From the NCBI GenBank assembly GCA_963805975.1, contig CAWDVR010000004.1, positions 320,001-384,000 on the forward strand: DNA of 64,000 nt, written 5' to 3'. Source of the DNA: an uncultured Acidobacteriota bacterium (GTDB lineage Bacteria; Acidobacteriota; Thermoanaerobaculia; Multivoradales; SZUA-115). This document shows, in pieces, positions 19,872 to 29,970 of the stretch (positions are counted from its first letter, which is position 1; every line of letters begins with the position of its first letter). The translations under genes were made by a program, and so were the position numbers. Under the pieces are notes generated by a model, which was not told where the DNA came from, ran no database searches, and was given only the letters and a program-made list of their open reading frames with translations.

Positions 19872-21857
19872 TCAATGTACGTATCCCAAGGCTTCCAGGG
19901 CCCGTCGCTGCTCGGGCGTCAGCACCGGCGCCGCCGCTGCCGGCGCCACCGCGAGCGGCGGCAGCAGCGCGGCGAGGACGGCGACCAGGTCGGGCCTGGC
20001 GGCGCCCAGGTCGCGCGTCTCACCGGGGTCGGCGTCGAGGTCGTAGAGCTCCCGCCGTCCGCCGTGCTCGATCAGCTTCCAGTTGCCGAGCACCACGGCG
20101 CGCCCGGGCTCGGCCGCCAGCGCGCCGAAGTACGGGGCCTTTCCCGGGTCGCCCGTGCTCTCGATCACCACCGGGCGCCGGGCCAGGGGTCGCCGGAGGT
20201 CCCGGCCGGCGCCCGGCAGCTCGACCCCCGCGATGGCGGCGACGGTGGCGGCGACGTCCGTCAGGTCGACCGGCTCGGCGCTCGCCGCGATGCGTCGCCC
20301 AAGCGGCGGCAGCACCACGAGAGGCACGCGCACCTCTTCGTTGTAGAGCGCGGTGCCGTGCTCGGTGACGCCGTGCTCGCCGAAGGCCTCGCCGTGGTCG
20401 GCGGTGATGAACACCCAGCCGTGCTCCGAGAACCGCCGCCGGTCGAGCTCGGCCAGCAGGCCGGCCACCGCCAGGTCGAGCGCACAGATCTCCTCGTCGT
20501 AGCGGACCACGAGGCGTGACAGGAGCTCCGGAGGATGGGCGAGCAAGGGGTGCTCGATGGGCTCGCGCCAGCTCCAGGGCCGAAAGCGCCCGCGGCAGGG
20601 GAGGGGTGGAGCATAGAGCGCGTGCGGCTCGAAGTAGTTGGCGAGCACGAAGCAAGGCCCGCCCTGGCAGGCGTCCAGCGCGGCGAGCACCCACTGGTTG
20701 ATGCGCGGCGCGGCCGGATGCCAGAGCAGGGCGTCGGGGAAGAGGCCCGGCACGGCGAGGCGGCGCAGGTGCTCGCCGAGCACCGGGATCCCCGCGGTCG
20801 AGGGCGGCAGGCCGAAGGAGTCGAACCCCCGTGCGAAGCCGCCCGACAGCACGACCTGAGGGTTCGCCACCACGCCGTGGCTCTCGTAGCCGGAGGCGCG
20901 CAGGCGCTCGGCGAGCGTCGCCACCTCCGGCCGCAGCTTCCCGGCCCGCTGCCGAGCCTCGCCCGCGGCCCGCTGGAAGCGAGCTCCGTGCTCGGACGGC
21001 AGGAGGCCGGTCAACAGGGAGCCGTGCGAGGGGATCGTCCAGTTGCCGTTGGCGAAGGCGCGCGGATAGACCGCGATCGGCCGCCCGTCCTCGAAGAGCG
21101 CCTCGAGCTTCGAGGTCGTCGGCCGCGAGTAGCCGTCCCACGACAGGTGGTCGGCGCGCACCGTGTCGAGCACCAGGACGAGGATGGACGGCCGCTGTGC
21201 CGCCGCGGCCCGGCTCGCCGCCGCCGGTGCCGCGGCCTCCGGCGGCACGGGAACCTGGTACCAGGCCCACAGCACGGCGGCTACCGCCGGCAGCACGGCG
21301 GCGAGCGCGAGCCGCCAGGCCAGGCTGCGGCCTGGCCGCAGCCAGAGGGCCAGCGCCAGGCAGACCAGGAAGAGGGCCAGATGGGGCCTGGCCCACTCGA
21401 CGGACCAGGCGGGCAGGCCGAACGTCGGCAGCGCCCAGCCGGAGTAGATGACGGCGGCGAAGAAGGTCGCCCCGGCGGCGGCGATGGCCGCGCCGCGCGG
21501 CACCGGCTTCGCCAGCGCCAGCGCCGCGGCGAGCGCGATCGCGGGCAGCAGGCAGCGGGCCAGAACCGGCAGCGGTCCCGAGGTCTGCCAGATCCACCAG
21601 CGGACGGCGGTGAGCTGGGTCAGCGCCACCCAGGCGGAGAGGGTGAGCACCAGGGGCAGCCGGAGGCGTGCCGCCAAGAGGCCCAGCAGGCCGGAGCCCA
21701 GGATCCCCAGCGCGAGGCACAGCAGGAAATAGAAGGGGGAGAGCGGCCAGCGGCCGGCGAGCCGGGCGTAGAGGCTGGCGTAGAGGGTGACGAGCGCCCC
21801 CGCCAGTACCAGGGCTCGGGCTTGCGAAGGGTGGTCACGCTCCACGGTGGGCGCCAT
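19872..21857 (-). CDS. Membrane-anchored sulfatase-like hydrolase/transferase
   Basis: N-terminal TMs; LVLDTVRADH, WTIPSHGSLLTG, NYFEPH, ITADHGE..GEHG, LYDLDADPGE; start approximate. Confidence 0.88.
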   Translation of the reverse strand: MAPTVERDHPSQARALVLAGALVTLYASLYARLAGRWPLSPFYFLLCLALGILGSGLLGLLAARLRLPLVLTLSAWVALTQLTAVRWWIWQTSGPLPVLARCLLPAIALAAALALAKPVPRGAAIAAAGATFFAAVIYSGWALPTFGLPAWSVEWARPHLALFLVCLALALWLRPGRSLAWRLALAAVLPAVAAVLWAWYQVPVPPEAAAPAAASRAAAAQRPSILVLVLDTVRADHLSWDGYSRPTTSKLEALFEDGRPIAVYPRAFANGNWTIPSHGSLLTGLLPSEHGARFQRAAGEARQRAGKLRPEVATLAERLRASGYESHGVVANPQVVLSGGFARGFDSFGLPPSTAGIPVLGEHLRRLAVPGLFPDALLWHPAAPRINQWVLAALDACQGGPCFVLANYFEPHALYAPPLPCRGRFRPWSWREPIEHPLLAHPPELLSRLVVRYDEEICALDLAVAGLLAELDRRRFSEHGWVFITADHGEAFGEHGVTEHGTALYNEEVRVPLVVLPPLGRRIAASAEPVDLTDVAATVAAIAGVELPGAGRDLRRPLARRPVVIESTGDPGKAPYFGALAAEPGRAVVLGNWKLIEHGGRRELYDLDADPGETRDLGAARPDLVAVLAALLPPLAVAPAAAAPVLTPEQRRALEALGYVH

Positions 21858-21912
21858 TCTATGCACCCGCCGCCGCCCGCCCGGGCGGCCGGCCGCGATT
21901 AGACTGCCGCGG

Positions 21913-24246
21913 ATGAGCGTTGCCGTGCGTGGTTTCATCCTCCAGCCGACCTATCGCATCGAAGGCGGCAGGACGGTGGTGCAGCTCTTCGGCAAGCTGG
22001 AGACGGGTGAGCCCTTCCTGGTGCGCGACGGCCGCGAGAAGCCGCACTTCTACGTCGCGGCCGAGGATGCGGTGCGGGCGCGGAGCCTCGGTGCCCAGCC
22101 GCTCGCGCCGACCTCCCGCGTCACCCTCGAAGGGAGGAAGCCGGTGGTGCGGGTCGAGGTGCCGACCCCTCCGGACACCCCGGCGCTCCGCGACCGGCTG
22201 CGCGACGCCGGCATCGCCTGCTACGAGGCGGACGTGCGCTTCGCCCTGCGCTTCCTGATCGACCGCGGCATCAAGGGCTCGCTCGCGATCACGGGAGAGC
22301 CGCGCCAGGTGCCGGGCGTGGGCTTGGTCTTCGACGATCCCCAGCTCGCCCCGGCCGACTGGCGGCCGTCGCCCACCGTGCTCTCCTTCGACATCGAGAC
22401 CGATCCGCGCGCCCGGCGGCTGCTGTCGATCGCCCTCTACGGCTGCGGCGCCGCCGAGGTGCTGCTGCTGACCCCCGAGGGCTGGACCTGTCCCGAGAGC
22501 GCCGTGCCTTTCGCCAGCGAGCGGGACCTGCTCGCCGCCTTCGTCCGCAGGGTGCGAGAGCTCGACCCGGACGTCCTCACCGGCTGGAACGCCGTCGACT
22601 TCGACCTCACGGTGCTCGCCCGCATCGGAGCGCGGGTCGGGGTGCCGCTCGAGCTCGGCCGCGGGCCGGGCCTGCTGCGCCTGCGGGAGGAGCGATCGCT
22701 GCGCGGTGGCAGCCAGGCCACGATCCCCGGCCGGCTGGTGCTCGACGGCATCGAGCTGCTGCGCGGCGCCTTCGTGCGCATGGAGGAGTACTCGCTCGAC
22801 TTCGTCGCCCGGCAGGTGCTCGGCGAGGGCAAGCTCCTCGCCGGCCACGACCGCGGCGAAGAGATCCTGCGCCAGTTCAAGGAGGACCGCGCGCGGCTGG
22901 TGGACTACAACCTCACCGACGCCCGCCTGGTGATGGAGATCCTGGAACGGCTCCAGGTCATCGAGCTGGCCGTCGAGCGGAGCCTTCTGACCGGCATGCC
23001 GCTCGACCGGGTGGCGGCGTCGATCGCCTCCTTCGACTTCCTCTACCTCTCCGAGCTCGGCCGGCGCGGGGTGGTGGCGCCCACCGTGGGCTGGGGCGCC
23101 AGCTCCGAGATCCCGACCGGTGGCGGGCACGTGCTGGAGCCCGAGCCGGGGCTCTACCGGAACGTCCTGGTCTTCGACTTCAAGAGCCTGTACCCGAGCC
23201 TCATCCGCACCTTCCACATCGACCCGCTCGGCTACCTCCCGTCGCCCGGGCCCGAGGACGACCCGATCGTGGCACCCAACGGCGCCGCGTTCCGCCGCGA
23301 GCCGGGCATCCTCTCGCAGTTGCTCGACGACCTCTTCCCGCGGCGCGAGGTGGCGAGAAAGGCCGGCGACGCGGTGGCCACCCACGCCATCAAGATCCTG
23401 ATGAACAGTTTCTACGGCGTGCTCGGCACCCCGGCCTGCCGCTTCTACAACCCGCTGGTGGCCAACGCCATCACCAGCTTTGGCCGCGAGATCCTGCTGT
23501 GGTCGAAGGCCCGCTTCGAGGCCTACGGGCACCGCGTGCTCTACGGCGACACGGACAGCCTGTTCGTGGCCTCGGGCGAAGAGGAGGCCGCGGCCGCGCG
23601 GGCGGTGGGCACCCGCCTGGCGGCGGCGCTCAACCGCGATCTCGCGGCCCACGTCGCCGCCACCTGGCGGGCGGAGAGCCGGCTCGAGCTGCAGTTCGAG
23701 CGGCTGTACCTGAAGCTCCACCTGGGCTCGGTGCGCCACGGCACGGGAGGCGCCCGCAAGCGCTACGCGGGGTGGATCGAGGACGTCGCAGGCGCCGAGC
23801 GCGTGGTGTTCACCGGCATGGAGTCCGTTCGCCGCGACGCGACCGAGCTCGCCAAGCAGGTGCAGCGCGGGCTCTACGAGCGGCTGTTCACCGAGCAGCC
23901 GGTCGAGGGCTACCTGCGGAACGTCGTCGAGGAGCTCCGGGCCGGCCGGCTCGACGCCCTCCTGGTCTACCGCAAGGCCTTGCGCAAGCCGCCCGAGGAC
24001 TACACCACCACCACGCCACCCCACGTGGCGGCGGCGCGGAAGCTCGCCTCGCAGCCGCGCCGGGGCCTGATCTCCTATTTGATGACCGTCAACGGCCCGG
24101 AGCCCACCGCCGAGGTCGCGAGCCCGCTCGACTACGACCACTACGTGGACAAGCAGGTGCAGCCGGTAGCCGAGCCGATCCTAGCCCTCCTGGGCCTCGA
24201 CTTCCGCCGGGTCACGGGGGAGGAGAAGCAGTTGGGGCTGTTCTGA
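21913..24246 (+). CDS. polB: Family B DNA polymerase (Pol II)
   Basis: Exo FDIET, TGWN..DFD, YNLTDA; pol DFKSLYPS, KILMNSFYG, YGDTDS, RKRYAG. Confidence 0.95.
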   Translation: MSVAVRGFILQPTYRIEGGRTVVQLFGKLETGEPFLVRDGREKPHFYVAAEDAVRARSLGAQPLAPTSRVTLEGRKPVVRVEVPTPPDTPALRDRLRDAGIACYEADVRFALRFLIDRGIKGSLAITGEPRQVPGVGLVFDDPQLAPADWRPSPTVLSFDIETDPRARRLLSIALYGCGAAEVLLLTPEGWTCPESAVPFASERDLLAAFVRRVRELDPDVLTGWNAVDFDLTVLARIGARVGVPLELGRGPGLLRLREERSLRGGSQATIPGRLVLDGIELLRGAFVRMEEYSLDFVARQVLGEGKLLAGHDRGEEILRQFKEDRARLVDYNLTDARLVMEILERLQVIELAVERSLLTGMPLDRVAASIASFDFLYLSELGRRGVVAPTVGWGASSEIPTGGGHVLEPEPGLYRNVLVFDFKSLYPSLIRTFHIDPLGYLPSPGPEDDPIVAPNGAAFRREPGILSQLLDDLFPRREVARKAGDAVATHAIKILMNSFYGVLGTPACRFYNPLVANAITSFGREILLWSKARFEAYGHRVLYGDTDSLFVASGEEEAAAARAVGTRLAAALNRDLAAHVAATWRAESRLELQFERLYLKLHLGSVRHGTGGARKRYAGWIEDVAGAERVVFTGMESVRRDATELAKQVQRGLYERLFTEQPVEGYLRNVVEELRAGRLDALLVYRKALRKPPEDYTTTTPPHVAAARKLASQPRRGLISYLMTVNGPEPTAEVASPLDYDHYVDKQVQPVAEPILALLGLDFRRVTGEEKQLGLF

Positions 24247-24287
24247 TCGAGACTCCTGGGCGGTCGCCGCCCTGGGCTCGGGTCAGC

Positions 24288-26057
24288 TCAACCCGGCTTC
24301 CGCGGCAGGCGGGTCTTGCTCTCTCCCCCGACCAGCACCAGCGCCGTCGCCTTGCCGTTCTCGACCTCGAAGGTCATGCCGTAGCCGGGCGGTGCGCCGG
24401 CGGCGCGGAAATGGGTGGCGGTCTCGGGCAGCAGGATGAAGGTCTCCTCGCCCAGGATCGCGGCCTTGAGCTTGTCGCCTTCGAGCCGGACGGTCACCGA
24501 GAGGCCGCCTCCCTCCTGCGCGTAGGTGCCGGCGAAGCGGCCGAGGTCCGCGGCGCTGAGCTCCACCGCGCTCACTTTCGGGACCTCGAGCAGGAAGGGC
24601 GCGCGGCGGATGCGCGAGACGCACGACGTATCGAGACCGCGCGTGCTGCCGGCCTCGATGAACGCGGTCACCATCTCCGGCAGGCACTCCGCGCCGGCCA
24701 TGCCGTCGGTGCCGTGGCTGCCGTCCGGGATCACCAGGTGCAGGCTGTTGGGCAGATGGCTCGCCACCCGCTCGGCGCCCGCCGCCGGGGTCGCCGGGTC
24801 GCGCTCGCCCGAGAGGAGGAGCGCCGGCACCTCGGAGCGCACCGGCTCGAGGACGCTCGGCGGCAGCTTTCTCGCCGGCCACTCGGCGCAGGCGGCAAGC
24901 TGCTGGCGGACACGGAAGTCCCCCATGAAAGAGCCGGCGACCGCTGCCGGCACCTGGGAGCGGTCGATGAAGGCCACGTCCTCCGGGCAGACGACCGAAA
25001 GGTAGAACCCCTCGGACATCTGCGTCAGGCCGCTGCCGAAGAAGTAGGCCGTCTCGGCCAGCGGGCGGAAGTCGCCCTGGGCCGCGGCGTGGAGGTAGGC
25101 CGGGATCGCCACCGCGGTGGCCGGTACGTACAGCATGTAGCGCACGGTCTGCGCGAAGCCGGGGTACGCGAGCCGGACCGGCTCGGGCTCGCCGGTCGTG
25201 GGGTGCTCGATCTCGACCGTCACCGGCGCGGTCTCCAGCCGCTTCGCGATCGCCGCGAGATCCGCAGGGAGGTCCGGGAACGCGCCGTGGCAGGCGGCGT
25301 CGCCCGCGCACTCGGCGAAGAGCCCGTCGAGCGCCTCCTGCGTGTGCTGGGCGAGGAACAGGGGCATGCGCTCGTCGGAGGGGACCACTCCCTCGAGGAT
25401 GATGGTCCGCACCTGATCCGGGTGCCGGGCGAGGAAGACCTGCACGGCGCGGGTGCCGTAGGAGCCACCGAGCAGGTTGGCCTTGGGGTAGCCCAGGGCG
25501 AGGAGCATCTCGGCCACATCGTCCGTGGCCTCGATCGAGGTGTAGAGATCGAGGCGGCGCCCCTCCTTCTCCAGCCGTTCGCGGCAACGGCGCACCGCAT
25601 CGGCCGGCATGAAGCTGTCGAGGAAAGCCTGTACGCCGCCTTTCCGGGCGGAAAGCTCGTCGCACATCAGCGCCGCCGAGCCGCCGGTGCCGCGCACGTC
25701 GACGAGCACGATGTCGCGGTGGGTGCGGAGAGCCTTGAAGGCGTGCGCGAGGCCGGCCGCCCCGTCGGTGGCCGCTTCGCCGGGCCCGCCCGAGAAGTAG
25801 ACCAGCGGATCGGGCTCGCGAGGCGTGCCGGTCGCAGGCAGCACGACGATCTTGAGCGGGATCTTCCGGCCCTGCCGGGTCTCCCGGTTCTCGAACACCT
25901 CGTAAGTGCCGCACCGGGCTTCGCCGTCGAGGCTGGGGACACTGCAGGAAGTGAGCTTGACCTTGGCTTCACCGCTTTTGTCGGCAGCGGAGCAAGCCGC
26001 CGAGGAGCCGAGGAATGCGAGGCAGAGCAAGAGCCGGGCGGGGATCGATGGCTGCAT
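24288..26057 (-). CDS. Exported alpha/beta hydrolase (TAP-like, S33) with extra C-terminal domain
   Basis: SGGPGEA, DVRGTG, GGSYGT, SGERDPATP, PDGSHG. Confidence 0.88.
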   Translation of the reverse strand: MQPSIPARLLLCLAFLGSSAACSAADKSGEAKVKLTSCSVPSLDGEARCGTYEVFENRETRQGRKIPLKIVVLPATGTPREPDPLVYFSGGPGEAATDGAAGLAHAFKALRTHRDIVLVDVRGTGGSAALMCDELSARKGGVQAFLDSFMPADAVRRCRERLEKEGRRLDLYTSIEATDDVAEMLLALGYPKANLLGGSYGTRAVQVFLARHPDQVRTIILEGVVPSDERMPLFLAQHTQEALDGLFAECAGDAACHGAFPDLPADLAAIAKRLETAPVTVEIEHPTTGEPEPVRLAYPGFAQTVRYMLYVPATAVAIPAYLHAAAQGDFRPLAETAYFFGSGLTQMSEGFYLSVVCPEDVAFIDRSQVPAAVAGSFMGDFRVRQQLAACAEWPARKLPPSVLEPVRSEVPALLLSGERDPATPAAGAERVASHLPNSLHLVIPDGSHGTDGMAGAECLPEMVTAFIEAGSTRGLDTSCVSRIRRAPFLLEVPKVSAVELSAADLGRFAGTYAQEGGGLSVTVRLEGDKLKAAILGEETFILLPETATHFRAAGAPPGYGMTFEVENGKATALVLVGGESKTRLPRKPG

Positions 26058-26144
26058 GAGCGGGCTCCGGGAGAGACGAGGGCGGGTGGCTCCGCCCCCT
26101 GTCGAGAGTACGGCAGGAAGGCGGGCTGAGTTGCAGCGCTCGCT

Positions 26145-26696
26145 CTACGTCGCCCCGTGGGCCTTGAGCAGCTCCACCATCGCCTCCTGCTTGCCCAGCA
26201 CCGCGTGCCGCAGCAGCGGGATGCGGTGCGGCCCCGGCAGGTCCACCACCTTCGGGTCGAAGGCCAGGAACGCCTTCACGAGGGCGATCTCGCCGAGCAT
26301 CGCGGCGCAGAACACGTCCATCCGCGCCCCACGCGAGAGGAGGAACCGCGCGATCTCCGCGTTGCCCATGTGCGAGGCGCCGCCCAGACCCGTCTCCCAA
26401 TCGCCGCCGCCCCAGTCCCAGGTGGCGTTCACCAGCGCCGGCACCGCGTCCAGCATCTCGCGCGTGCGCCCCAGGTTGCCGTGCGCGGCCCCCACGAACT
26501 CCTTCACCAGGCCCGGGTCCAACTGCGGCCCGCGATCCGGGGTCGCTTTCTGGGTCGACCCGGCCCCTCCCGCCTGCGCACGGGCCTCGAGGCCCACCAC
26601 GCCCAGAACTCCGGCCAGCGCCGTCCAGCGCGCACCGTGGCGGAGCAGCTCTTTTCTCGTCATCTCCTGAAGCAATCCGGCCGGCTCGTCTCGCAT
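26145..26696 (-). CDS. Ankyrin-repeat-like protein with Tat-like leader
   Basis: RBS GAGGAGG; MTRKELL.. leader; EFVGAAHG, ATWDWGGGDWETGLGGASHMG, GPHRIPLLRHA. Confidence 0.8.
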   Translation of the reverse strand: MRDEPAGLLQEMTRKELLRHGARWTALAGVLGVVGLEARAQAGGAGSTQKATPDRGPQLDPGLVKEFVGAAHGNLGRTREMLDAVPALVNATWDWGGGDWETGLGGASHMGNAEIARFLLSRGARMDVFCAAMLGEIALVKAFLAFDPKVVDLPGPHRIPLLRHAVLGKQEAMVELLKAHGAT

Positions 26697-26822
26697 CGCC
26701 TTTCCTCCTCGGTCCAAGCTATCCCGGCGCCGGGGAGGGCGCATCTGCGGGCGGTCGTAGGCGGCGCCTATGTCTTTCGGCCTACGCGGTGCCGCGGGCC
26801 GCGCGCTAAGCTCGCCCGCGGC

Positions 26823-27950
26823 ATGACCTCCCTCCCTCGCGACACCCTGCGCCTCCTCGCCTGGGCGGGGACCGCCGCCTGGCTGGCGGTGGGCTCCCCG
26901 GTGCTCGCCGGGGGCTCGATCCAGTCCGGCCGCTTCCTCCTCTGGCTGGCCTCGTTCCTGCTCTTCGGCGCCGCGTTTCTCGCCACCGTGCGCCAGCTCG
27001 CCCGCGGCGGGGCCGGCGTGCGGTGGCTGCTGGCCTTCCAGGTGGCGGCGGTCCTCGGTCTCGTGCTCACCCTCTGCGACGGCTACGAGGGCACGCTCTT
27101 GGTGCTGGTGGCCATGGTGCTCGGCCTCACCGCCCCGCGCCGGACCGGCCTCGCCTGGATCCTCGTGCAGTCGCTCGCCCTCACCGCCGCCATCGCCTAC
27201 CACTGGTCGGCGCGGCCGGCGCTGCTCCTGGCGCCGCCCTACCTGGGCTTCCAGCTCCTGGCTTTCTTCGTCCTCTCCTCGCTGGGCCGCGAAACGCGGG
27301 CGCGCGAGGCACTCGCGCGCTCACATGCCGAGCTCGAGGCGACGCAGGACCTGCTGGGCGAGAGCGCCCGTCTGGCCGAGCGCCTGCGCATCTCGCGCGA
27401 GCTCCACGATGCCGTGGGCCATCATCTGGTGGCCCTGTCCCTCAACCTGGAGGCGGCCCTCCACCGCCACGGCGCGGACGACGAGGAGCTGGCGACCGCG
27501 CGCTCGCTGGCGCGCCTGGTGCTGACCGACCTCGGCGAGATGGTCGCGACCCTCCGCCACGAGGGCGGCGTGGACCTCGGCCGTGCCCTCGGGCTCCTGG
27601 CGCGCGACATCCCGCGGCCCCGGGTCCATCTCGAGGCTCCGGCCTCGTTCCGTCTTGCGGACCCGGAGCGCGCCCACGCCCTGCTGCGCTGCTGCCAGGA
27701 GGCGATCACCAACGCGGTCAAGCATTCCGGCGCCGAGAACCTCTGGCTCTCCGTGGCGCGCGAGGACGGCGTCGCGGTGCTCGCGGCCCACGACGACGGC
27801 CGCGGCGCGGCAGCCTTCGAGCCCGGCCACGGCCTCGCCGGCATGCGCGAGCGGCTGGCGGCCTTCGGCGGCACCCTGACGACGGAGGCCCGCCCCGGCG
27901 CCGGTTTCCGCCTGACGATCCGGCTGCCCCTCGCCGAGGAGCCGGCGTGA
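26823..27950 (+). CDS. HisKA_3 (DesK/NarX-like) sensor histidine kinase
   Basis: TMs; ERLRISRELHDAVGH, QEAITNAVKH, DDGRG, GHGLAGMRER. Confidence 0.93.
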   Translation: MTSLPRDTLRLLAWAGTAAWLAVGSPVLAGGSIQSGRFLLWLASFLLFGAAFLATVRQLARGGAGVRWLLAFQVAAVLGLVLTLCDGYEGTLLVLVAMVLGLTAPRRTGLAWILVQSLALTAAIAYHWSARPALLLAPPYLGFQLLAFFVLSSLGRETRAREALARSHAELEATQDLLGESARLAERLRISRELHDAVGHHLVALSLNLEAALHRHGADDEELATARSLARLVLTDLGEMVATLRHEGGVDLGRALGLLARDIPRPRVHLEAPASFRLADPERAHALLRCCQEAITNAVKHSGAENLWLSVAREDGVAVLAAHDDGRGAAAFEPGHGLAGMRERLAAFGGTLTTEARPGAGFRLTIRLPLAEEPA

Positions 27951-28603
27951 TCCGCGTGCTGATCGCCGAGGACGAGACCCTGGTCCGCCGCGGCCTGGTG
28001 AAGCTGCTCGAGCTCGAAGCGGGCGTCCTCGTGGTGGGCGAGGCCCAGGACGGCGACGAGGCGCTCGCCCTCGTCGAGCGGCTGCGGCCGGACGTCGTGC
28101 TCCTCGATCTGCGGATGCCGCGGCGTGACGGGCTCGAGGTGCTGGCGGCGCTCGCCGGACGGGAGGGAGCGCCGCGCTGCCTGGTGCTCACCACCTTCGA
28201 CGACGCCGAGCTGTTCCTCAAGGCGGCGCGAGCCGGCGCCGCCGGCTACCTGCGAAAAGACGTGCCGCTCGAAGAGCTGCTGGCGGCGATCCGCACCGTG
28301 GCCGGCGGCGGCACCTACCTGCAGCCGGCCCTGACCGCGAGCCTGTTGCGCGGCTTCGAGGCGGTGCGCCGGGGCGCCGCGACCTCGACCGCCGGCGGCT
28401 CGCCGCTCCTCGAGCCGCTGACGGCGCGGGAGACCGAGGTGCTTCGCCTGATGGCCCGCGGCCTCTCCAACCGCGAGATCGGCCTCGCCCTCGACGCCGC
28501 GGAGGGCACGGTCAAGATCCACGTCTCGAGCATCCTCGGCAAGCTCGCGGTGCGCGACCGCACGCAGGCGGTGTTGAAGGGGATCGAGCTGGCGATTCTC
28601 TAG
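27947..28603 (+). CDS. NarL/LuxR family response regulator
   Basis: GTGA overlap; IRVLIAEDE, LLDLRMP, LTTFDD, LTARETEVL, TVKIHVSSILGKL. Confidence 0.94.
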   Translation: MIRVLIAEDETLVRRGLVKLLELEAGVLVVGEAQDGDEALALVERLRPDVVLLDLRMPRRDGLEVLAALAGREGAPRCLVLTTFDDAELFLKAARAGAAGYLRKDVPLEELLAAIRTVAGGGTYLQPALTASLLRGFEAVRRGAATSTAGGSPLLEPLTARETEVLRLMARGLSNREIGLALDAAEGTVKIHVSSILGKLAVRDRTQAVLKGIELAIL

Positions 28604-28695
28604 AGCCTCGCTGTCGGACGCTGGGCTCGTTCGGTCCCGGTTGGGGCACTAGTACTAAGCAGTAGGATCCGCTGGCACTCGCCGAGGAGCCTTCG

Positions 28696-29952
28696 ATGCC
28701 GTCTCGACAACGCCCCGCCCTTGTCGCCGCGCTCGCCGCCTGCTGGGCGGCGACCATCGCTCCTTCCTTGGCGGCAGGAGACTGGCCGCAGTGGGGCGGG
28801 GCTTCCCGCCAGTTCCGGGTGGACGACGTGCAGCTCGCCGACTCCTGGCCCGAGGGCGGGCCGAAGCTGCTGTGGGAGCGTGAGCTAGGCGAGGGCTACG
28901 CCGGCGTGGCGGCGGTCGGTGGACGGCTCTACGCCCACTACCGCGTGGAACAGGAGGAGCGGGTGGTGGCGATCGACGCCGCGACCGGCAAGACGGTCTG
29001 GGAGCAGCCCTATCCCTCGCCCACCACGACCCTCACCGACCAGTACGGCTTCGGCCCGGACGCCACACCCCTGGTGGCGGGGGAGCGGGTCTTCACCATC
29101 GGCTCGCTCGGTGATCTCAAGGCGCTGGACGCGGCCACCGGCAAGGTGCTCTGGACGCAGGAGCTGGTCAAGGGCCTGGGCGGCACCTTCCGCGGCCTGA
29201 GCTACTCGTCGAGCCCCATCGCCTACGGCGACACGGTGATCGCCCAGGTGGGCGGGACCGGCCGCGCCCTGGTGGCCTTCCGCCAGAGCGACGGCGCCGT
29301 CGTCTGGCAGAGCGGCGACTTCGAGGGCTCGGCGGCCTCGCCGCTCCTCATCCGCCTCGGGGAGCGCGATCAGATCGTGGCCTTCCTGGGCTTCGAGCTC
29401 GCCGGCTTCGACCCTGCCACCGGCAAGCTCCTCTGGTCCCACCCGCACAAGACCACCATGGGCCACAACATCTCGACCCCGGTGTGGGGCGACGACGGCG
29501 TGCTCTTCGCCTCCGCGGCCTACGACGGCGGCAGCGCCGCCGTGCGGCTGGTGGCCGAAGGGGGCGCGGTCAAGGTGGAGCCCCTGTGGAAGCACCAGCA
29601 GATGCGGGTGCATTTCACCTCCGCGGTGCGGATGGGCGACCTGGTGCTGGGCTCCTCCGGCGACTTCGGGCCGATCCCGCTCGCGGCGGTCGACATCAAG
29701 ACCGGCAAGATCCTCTGGCGGGACCGGGCCTTCTCCCGCTCGAACCTCCTGCTGGTGGGGGACCGCGTGCTGCTCCTCGACGAGGACGGCACCCTGGGCC
29801 TCGCGACGTTCTCGCCCGAGGGCCTCACCGTCCTCGCCAGGGCCGAGCTCGGCGGGGACCGCAAGTGGACCGTGCCGACCCTCACCGGCAACCGCCTCTA
29901 CGTGCGGGACAGGAAGGTGCTGAAGGCCCTCGAGCTGCCGCTCCGGCAGTGA
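28696..29952 (+). CDS. PQQ-like beta-propeller repeat protein
   Basis: Signal peptide, DWPQWGG, repeated DAATGKxxW. Confidence 0.9.
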   Translation: MPSRQRPALVAALAACWAATIAPSLAAGDWPQWGGASRQFRVDDVQLADSWPEGGPKLLWERELGEGYAGVAAVGGRLYAHYRVEQEERVVAIDAATGKTVWEQPYPSPTTTLTDQYGFGPDATPLVAGERVFTIGSLGDLKALDAATGKVLWTQELVKGLGGTFRGLSYSSSPIAYGDTVIAQVGGTGRALVAFRQSDGAVVWQSGDFEGSAASPLLIRLGERDQIVAFLGFELAGFDPATGKLLWSHPHKTTMGHNISTPVWGDDGVLFASAAYDGGSAAVRLVAEGGAVKVEPLWKHQQMRVHFTSAVRMGDLVLGSSGDFGPIPLAAVDIKTGKILWRDRAFSRSNLLLVGDRVLLLDEDGTLGLATFSPEGLTVLARAELGGDRKWTVPTLTGNRLYVRDRKVLKALELPLRQ

Positions 29953-29970
29953 GAGTGGGCGGGTGACGCC

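Noticed and set aside
21913-24246. Family B polymerase as a marker of a phage, casposon or pipolin
   Set aside because: Looks like cellular Pol II; no integrase, cas1, terminal repeats or phage genes nearby
28645-28672. Short palindromes actagt / tagtacta / tact-aagc-agta upstream of the PQQ gene
   Set aside because: Spacing does not match the BlaI-type box and the motifs are too short to assign
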